DNA of 12,514 nt from Candidatus Methylomirabilis sp. (GTDB lineage Bacteria > Methylomirabilota > Methylomirabilia > Methylomirabilales > Methylomirabilaceae). The stretch is from assembly GCA_041498975.1 (NCBI GenBank), contig JBGQJI010000068.1, forward strand, positions 1 to 12,514, read 5' to 3'. The position numbers and the translations under genes are program-made. How positions within the stretch are numbered: the stretch's first letter is position 1; each line of letters starts with the position of its first letter. This document shows, one piece after another, positions 8,039 to 12,514 of this stretch. The notes under the pieces were generated by a model, which saw only the letters and a program-made list of their open reading frames with translations, was not told the DNA's origin and did not search any database.

Positions 8039-8057
8039 GACTGACAAAACCTCTCAA

Positions 8058-8137
8058 AGCAGTCAGCCATCAGCTCTCAGCAGCCAGCATTGTGTTTCAG
8101 GTTTTGGCTGCTCGCCGACGGCTGATCGCTGAGCGCT
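8058..8137. repeat. Inverted arrays of degenerate heptamers (AGCnnTC x5 / GCTGAnn-like x5) forming an imperfect hairpin
   Basis: AGC occurs at 8058, 8065, 8072, 8079 and 8086; GCT/GCC occurs at 8107, 8114, 8121, 8128 and 8135. Both arms have an exact 7-nt period. Confidence 0.8.
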
Positions 8138-8141
8138 TCCC

Positions 8142-9380
8142 CTACTTCTTTGCCTTGGCTCGGACCTCGAGCACCTCCGCCTCAGACCGCCACACCTTGT
8201 CACCTGGGATGTAGGTGGCGTCCTTCCAGAGGGCGAAATCCGGGAAGCCCTTGTCCCACGCCACTACCCCGATATAGGAGCCCACGTTGGCTTGGTGGTC
8301 CACCTTCCGGATGTACCGCCCGGGACCCCGGAGGGAATCCATCTCGAGCCCTTCCAGGGCGTCCACGACCTTCTCGGTCTCGACCGTATTCGCCTTCTTC
8401 ACCGCCTTGGCCCAGGCCATGACCGCATCGTAGGAGTTGATCGCCCAGCAGGATGGATATTTATTGGTGGCAGCGCGATACTTCTTGATGAAGTCTTCGA
8501 AGCGCTGGCTGGGGGCCAGCTTTCGAATGACGTGGAACGGCCCTCGCTCGTACCCGATCACCCCTTCCACCACATCCTTCCCCAGGCCCTGCAGCGTGTC
8601 CACATCATAGAGCGCCGCGAAGGGGAACTTCTTGAAGAAGTCGTAGCCCTTGGCCTGCTTCGTGAACCCGATGAGGTCGGAGCCGAAGAGATTGCCGTAC
8701 ACGGCATCCGGCTTGGCCGCAATGATGGCGGTGATGTAGGAGGTGTAGTCGGTCTCCCCAAGCTTCGGCCACACCTTGCCGATGATCTCGACGTCCTTCT
8801 TGTTCTCCTTCAGCCGGCGCTCGAAGGCATCCGCCTGAATGTGGCCGAACTCATAGTCCGGGCCGATGATGAAGTATCTCTTGTAGGGCTTCTTCGCCAT
8901 GTACTGTCCCATGGCGCTTCCCTCGATGAACGTGTTCGTCACGACCGAGAAGATATACCGATGCCCGCGCTCAACGAAGGCCCGCTCGGTGTTTGAGGTC
9001 TGGGCGATGAGGATCGTCTTGTTCTCCTTCGCCACCTCCGACATGGCCAGCAGCACGCCACTGGACACAGGGCCAAAGACCGCAGCCACCTCCTCGCGCA
9101 GGATCACATCCCTGATCTCGCGCGATCCCACATCCGGCTTGGCGGCGTCGTCTCGGACGATCAGCTCGACCTTCCGCCCCAGGACTCCCCCGGATGCGTT
9201 CAACTCCGCCACAGCGATCTTGGCCCCCTCGATGCCGGCAAGCCCGTAGAGCGCTGCGCCACCTGTCGAGGTGTTCACCATGGCAACCTTCACCGGGTTC
9301 TGGGCCTCTGCGGGGGGCACACAAAGGGCCAGGCCTAGCATCAGGATGAGGACGCCGAACCGGCCATACTTACCTCTCAT
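8142..9380 (-). CDS. Liv/HAAT-family ABC transporter substrate-binding protein (type 1 periplasmic binding fold)
   Basis: Sec-type signal peptide MRGKYGRFGVLILMLGLALCVPPAEA|Q; NASGGVLGRKVELIVRDD, GPVSSG, DYEFG, DYTSYITAI, RKVDHQA motifs. AGGAGG lies 6 nt before ATG 9380; an in-frame TTG at 9428 is an alternative start. Confidence 0.93.
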   Translation of the reverse strand: MRGKYGRFGVLILMLGLALCVPPAEAQNPVKVAMVNTSTGGAALYGLAGIEGAKIAVAELNASGGVLGRKVELIVRDDAAKPDVGSREIRDVILREEVAAVFGPVSSGVLLAMSEVAKENKTILIAQTSNTERAFVERGHRYIFSVVTNTFIEGSAMGQYMAKKPYKRYFIIGPDYEFGHIQADAFERRLKENKKDVEIIGKVWPKLGETDYTSYITAIIAAKPDAVYGNLFGSDLIGFTKQAKGYDFFKKFPFAALYDVDTLQGLGKDVVEGVIGYERGPFHVIRKLAPSQRFEDFIKKYRAATNKYPSCWAINSYDAVMAWAKAVKKANTVETEKVVDALEGLEMDSLRGPGRYIRKVDHQANVGSYIGVVAWDKGFPDFALWKDATYIPGDKVWRSEAEVLEVRAKAKK

Positions 9381-9537
9381 GCTTTTCCTCCTTCGCTCGA
9401 ACGAGCGACTGAACAGCCAGGGTTCCAAAACGGGCCTCCTGTGCCAATGCCCTCAGAGACCAACTCGCGCCGGTTGATGCCAGACGGCTCCACTCTCTAG
9501 AATCCAAACCCGGAACTTCGTAAGCGCCCCCCGCCGT

Positions 9538-9672
9538 TTAAGCGCAAGCTTGGAAAAACGGCCGCCTCAATCGGGAGAAACGAGCATTAAAGGTGACAAT
9601 CCCCTCGGCATCCACGACGAGCGTTCCGAACTCGATGTTGTCAAGCGCCATGTTCAACGGCACATCGGCCAT
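9538..9672 (-). pseudogene. 44-codon ORF resembling the start of a PAS domain (probable remnant of a PAS sensor/regulator)
   Basis: MADVPLNMALDNIEFGTLVVDAEGIVTFNARFSRL... resembles the PAS N-terminal pattern LDxxxxGxxVVDxxGxIxxxN. Perfect AGGAGG 7 nt before ATG 9672; stop at 9538. Confidence 0.5.
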
Positions 9673-9795
9673 GGGCAGTCCTCCTAGGGCTTTGCATGCA
9701 GACGGAACAACTCCCCTCAGACCCTCCGGATGGAACACGAGGCATCCATGGCAGGCGCGTCATCAACACCTTCCAACCATGCGAGCACGCGGCAC

Positions 9796-9824
9796 AGGGT
9801 ATCTCTTGACCCTCAGCGTGTCAA
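9796..9824 (-). promoter_or_regulatory. Sigma70-type promoter with overlapping inverted repeat (putative operator)
   Basis: Minus strand: TTGACA (9824-9819), 17-nt spacer, TACCCT (9801-9796). Inverted repeat CTTGAC-N9-GTCAAG at 9805-9825. Confidence 0.6.
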
Positions 9825-9853
9825 GTACACGCTCCAGTAACTCGTGAAACAAA

Positions 9854-10411
9854 CTAGAGGCCGCGGAGACGGGCGACGTGGAGAGCGGCGATGATGGTCA
9901 TGCTATCCAGGATCTCGCCATCCATGACCATGCGGAGAAGCTTGGCGAATGGAAAGACTTGCGTCCTGATGAACTCGGTGTCGTCGCCTCCTTGGCCAAC
10001 GGCAGCCTGCAACTCCTCCGCCAGATAGAGATGGGCGGTTTCGTCCACGACGCTCTTGCTGGTATGATAGGCCACGATCTTTTTGAGCCGACCCGCTCTG
10101 TATCCGGCCTCCTCCTGGAGCTCTCGCTGGGCCGCCCCTTCAAGCAACTCCCCGGGCCTCACGCCCCCGGTCGGCATCTCCCAGGTTGTTCGCCCCGCCA
10201 CATATCGGTATTGCCGGACCAGCAGGACCTGGTCCTGCCTTACGAACGGGAGGATGCCGACGCAATCGCCACACGTCACGACCCCATAGATCGTCGTCCT
10301 GCCGTCCGGCAGCTCGACCTGGTCTTCTCGGAGCGAAAGCCACCGGTTCTGATAGATCGATCTGCTCGACAACCTCTTCCAGGGCTCGAACGACAGGTCC
10401 GGTTTCGGCAT
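9854..10411 (-). CDS. Nudix hydrolase (ADP-ribose pyrophosphatase-like fold)
   Basis: Complete Nudix box GGVRPGELLEGAAQRELQEEAGY preceded by LLVRQYRY. Start MPKPDL at 10411 has a GAGGAG RBS; the longer 10468 start would overlap the upstream gene. Confidence 0.93.
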   Translation of the reverse strand: MPKPDLSFEPWKRLSSRSIYQNRWLSLREDQVELPDGRTTIYGVVTCGDCVGILPFVRQDQVLLVRQYRYVAGRTTWEMPTGGVRPGELLEGAAQRELQEEAGYRAGRLKKIVAYHTSKSVVDETAHLYLAEELQAAVGQGGDDTEFIRTQVFPFAKLLRMVMDGEILDSMTIIAALHVARLRGL

Positions 10412-10421
10412 TGTCTCCTCT

Positions 10422-11039
10422 CTACCGTCTCCCCTCTGTTCTTCCTCGTTCGAAGCACGTCGCGGCACCGTAGATGGGAGAGGCGATGTCGTCTCTTCGC
10501 GCGAACAGGCCGACCCGATTGTACCAGACCCCGAGGCAGGGAACCTCTCCCGATGATGTCCGAGAGCCGGATAGATCCAGGCACCGCGTCGTGAAGATCT
10601 CCGGATGCTGCACGACCAGGCTGACCCCCTCCAGCGCGGTCAGCCCGCGTTCCCCCGCCAGAAAGGCCGCCTCCGCCTCTTTGACCATTCGGCCGAGGTG
10701 ACGCGTGCCCGGACCCACCTGCAGCCAATATGGGCCTCCTTCGATGGAACCGCCTGGGTCGGGCAAGAGCGCGGCGTTTAGGTAGTTGGTGATGTTGGCG
10801 TGCTGGAGCTGGATCCAAAAATCGACCCTGGGCTCGACCAGGATCTGGAGATCGAACCCCAAGGCGGCGGCGTCCGGATCCCACGCCGGTTGCGGCAGAC
10901 TCGACCTATACGCTTCTTCGGTCACTCCAAGGGCCCTCGGGATGGCAAGCAGGATCAAGTGCGCCGCGGGACCCTCCGTCGCACGGGGTGGTTGAGAAGT
11001 CGCTCCCGTCCGCTCGACCCGACGCTCCCTTTCCGTCAC
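10422..11039 (-). CDS. Uncharacterised protein, DUF5701-like
   Basis: Fills the gap between two genes with 12-nt and 10-nt spacers. RGLTALEGVSLVVQHPEI..CLDLSGSR...EVPCL...YGAATC resembles, from memory, the DUF5701 C-terminal pattern (LTxxEG..PxxL..GSR..VP..GxAxC). Start codon uncertain. Confidence 0.65.
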   Translation of the reverse strand: MTERERRVERTGATSQPPRATEGPAAHLILLAIPRALGVTEEAYRSSLPQPAWDPDAAALGFDLQILVEPRVDFWIQLQHANITNYLNAALLPDPGGSIEGGPYWLQVGPGTRHLGRMVKEAEAAFLAGERGLTALEGVSLVVQHPEIFTTRCLDLSGSRTSSGEVPCLGVWYNRVGLFARRDDIASPIYGAATCFERGRTEGRR

Positions 11040-11051
11040 CCCTTCGTCCCT

Positions 11052-11840
11052 TCAGCGACGGCCGGACTGCGGGCGTCGCTTTTCCAGGAAGGCCGACACA
11101 GCCTCATCATGTTCTTTTGACTTCCACAGGCTCCGAAAGAGGTTCATCTCAAGAGCGAGGCCCGCCTGCAGCGGCATGTCTCGGCCCTGGACGAGCGCCC
11201 GCTTCATTGCGCGGATGGCCTGCGGTGGTTTAGAGGCGATCTTTCGGGCCATGCCGCGCGCCTCACGCATCAGCTTCGACCGAGAGACAACGCGATCAAC
11301 GAGGCCCAGCGCGAGCGCCTCCCGGGATGAAATGGCCTCGCCCAGTAGGAGCATGCGCGACGCTCTGGCCGGGCCGACGAGCCGCTGCAGCCGTTGCCCC
11401 CCTCCCCACGCGGTGATCAGCCCGATGTCCACCTGGCGGAAGACGAAGGGGGCCTCCGCTGCTGCGATCCGTAGGTCGCAGGCGAGGGCCACCTCGGTTC
11501 CCCCGCCGATGGCGTATCCATTGATGGCCGCGATGACCGGAACCGGGAGGTTCTCGATCCGCCTCAGAAGCCGACCCATCGCCGACAGCATCTCCAGCAC
11601 CTGGCCATCCGTCACCAGGCTTTGGAAGTAGCGGAGATCGCCGCCCGAGATGAAGGCGTCATGTCCGGCCCCGGTGAGGACCAGCGCCCGCAGATCGGGG
11701 TCTTGCTCCGCCAAACCGACCGCGGCCTCCATTTCCTCCATGGTTCGCCGGTCGATGGCGTTCTTGACGCGCGGCCGATCAATGGTGAGGGTGGCGATCT
11801 TGTCCCGGACACCGTAGCGAAGGGTTGTGAAGGTCATCAC
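11052..11840 (-). CDS. Enoyl-CoA hydratase/isomerase (crotonase) superfamily protein
   Basis: Motifs ATLTIDRPRVKNA, AFISGGDL, PVPVIAAINGYAIGGGTEVALACDLRIA, EALALGLVD, AFLEKRRP. Start is GTG 11840 or ATG 11837; no clear RBS. Confidence 0.95.
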   Translation of the reverse strand: MMTFTTLRYGVRDKIATLTIDRPRVKNAIDRRTMEEMEAAVGLAEQDPDLRALVLTGAGHDAFISGGDLRYFQSLVTDGQVLEMLSAMGRLLRRIENLPVPVIAAINGYAIGGGTEVALACDLRIAAAEAPFVFRQVDIGLITAWGGGQRLQRLVGPARASRMLLLGEAISSREALALGLVDRVVSRSKLMREARGMARKIASKPPQAIRAMKRALVQGRDMPLQAGLALEMNLFRSLWKSKEHDEAVSAFLEKRRPQSGRR

Positions 11841-11842
11841 GC

Positions 11843-11891
11843 CAAGTTCCGGGTTTCGGGTTTCGGGTTTCGGGTTTCGGGACCCGAGTTT
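11843..11891. repeat. Heptamer tandem repeat (CGGGTTT)4 with degenerate flanking units
   Basis: CAAGTTC CGGGTTT CGGGTTT CGGGTTT CGGGTTT CGGGACC CGAGTTT; perfect units at 11850-11877. Confidence 0.9.
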
Positions 11892-11955
11892 GGACTTCTG
11901 CCGTCAAGGCGATCTAACAAAGAGGAGATGCGGGGCGCCGGATGTTTGATGTCCG

Positions 11956-12018
11956 AAAACCAGTGAAAACTATATTTCAAGTAAAACATTATAAACATAT
12001 AGCTATCTAGTTACTAAT
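11956..12018. promoter_or_regulatory. AT-rich tract, probable promoter/DNA-bending region upstream of the crotonase gene
   Basis: Strongly AT-rich against the GC-rich background. Minus-strand TATAAT at 11993-11988, but no convincing -35. Confidence 0.35.
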
Positions 12019-12514
12019 GGATCCTGATTCAGTACCAGGTGTGTCATCTTCTTGTCGGGCAGGCCTGATGCCGAGTTCCCGCAGCTTCTTCCGAAGGGTG
12101 TTTCGATTGATCCCAAGCAGCTCGGCCGCCCGAAGCTGGTTTCCACCGGTCCTCTCCAGGATGTGCAGCAGGAGGGGCCGCTCCATGCAGCCCAGGAAGT
12201 GCGGATAGATCTGTCCGTCTTTTTCCTCCTTTAGCCTCTGCAGCTCTGCCCCGATTCCCTGATGCAGCATCCGCTCGAAGGACGATCCGCCGCCAGTAGC
12301 CCCGACCTCGGCCGCTCTCAGGAGGGCGTCGGGAAGGTGCTCCGGCACGATCAGGGAGGTGGCGGCGAGGACGCAGGCCCGCTTGACGGCATTCTCCAGC
12401 TCCCTCACATTTCCCGGCCAACCATAGCTGAGCATCAACTCCATTGCCTCGGGCGAGACCGACTTCGGTTCCTGTCCCTGCTCCTCGGCGAACAGGTGGA
12501 GGAAGTGGTTCACA
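12007..12514 (-). CDS. ntrC: Sigma54-dependent Fis-family transcriptional activator, NtrC-like; C-terminal part, truncated by the window edge
   Basis: AAA+ sensor II region WPGNVRELEN and a Fis-type HTH ERPLL...TGGNQLRAAELLGINRNTLRKKL that closely resembles NtrC. The family call is secure; the gene symbol is tentative because the receiver domain is outside the window. Confidence 0.85.
   Translation of the reverse strand, partial: VNHFLHLFAEEQGQEPKSVSPEAMELMLSYGWPGNVRELENAVKRACVLAATSLIVPEHLPDALLRAAEVGATGGGSSFERMLHQGIGAELQRLKEEKDGQIYPHFLGCMERPLLLHILERTGGNQLRAAELLGINRNTLRKKLRELGIRPARQEDDTPGTESGSISN

Noticed and set aside
6177..8057. 626-aa ORF as a fused permease, and the 397-aa version of the LivG-like ATPase
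   Set aside because: The N-terminal extensions are off-frame read-through over the neighbouring permeases (Arg/Gly/Pro-rich). Proper starts exist at 7148 and 6180.
123..9477. Long plus-strand ORFs (e.g. 123-614, 674-1468, 2139-3236, 3563-4399, 6903-7541, 8292-8996)
   Set aside because: They are antisense shadows of well-supported minus-strand genes in GC-rich DNA and have no recognisable motifs.
9431..9483. Minus-strand TGGCAC and TGGCAT as sigma54 promoters for the transporter
   Set aside because: Neither has GC exactly 10 nt after the GG.
9430..9790. Known riboswitch (glycine, cobalamin, TPP, c-di-GMP) in the leader
   Set aside because: I could not find the conserved core motifs by eye; only short stems are present. 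An Rfam scan would be needed to exclude one fully.
12007..12514. NtrC-like protein as the dedicated regulator of this cluster
   Set aside because: Only proximity supports it. The sensory domain is outside the window, and I saw no TGCAC-N7-GTGCA-type sites in the spacers.

Overview
GC-rich bacterial window in which every credible gene is on the minus strand. In transcription order (right to left): the C-terminal part of an NtrC-like sigma54 activator; an AT-rich gap with a 7-mer tandem array; a three-gene block (crotonase-fold protein lacking the second catalytic Glu, DUF5701-like protein, Nudix hydrolase); a strong sigma70-type promoter with an overlapping inverted repeat, a ~120-nt leader and a 44-codon PAS-like remnant ORF; a complete Liv/HAAT-type ABC importer (binding protein, two permeases, two ATPases); two adjacent AcuB-like CBS proteins; a thiolase; and two paralogous family III (CaiB/BaiF) CoA-transferase genes. 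The second CoA-transferase (1..446) runs off the left edge and is missing from the ORF track. Overall this looks like an organic-acid uptake, CoA-activation and thiolysis locus of unknown substrate. Intergenic spacers carry CGTC-type palindromic (REP/RPE-like) repeats and two kinds of heptamer repeat. I found no CRISPR array, tRNA, rRNA or transposase. All family assignments come from motif recognition by eye, not database searches.
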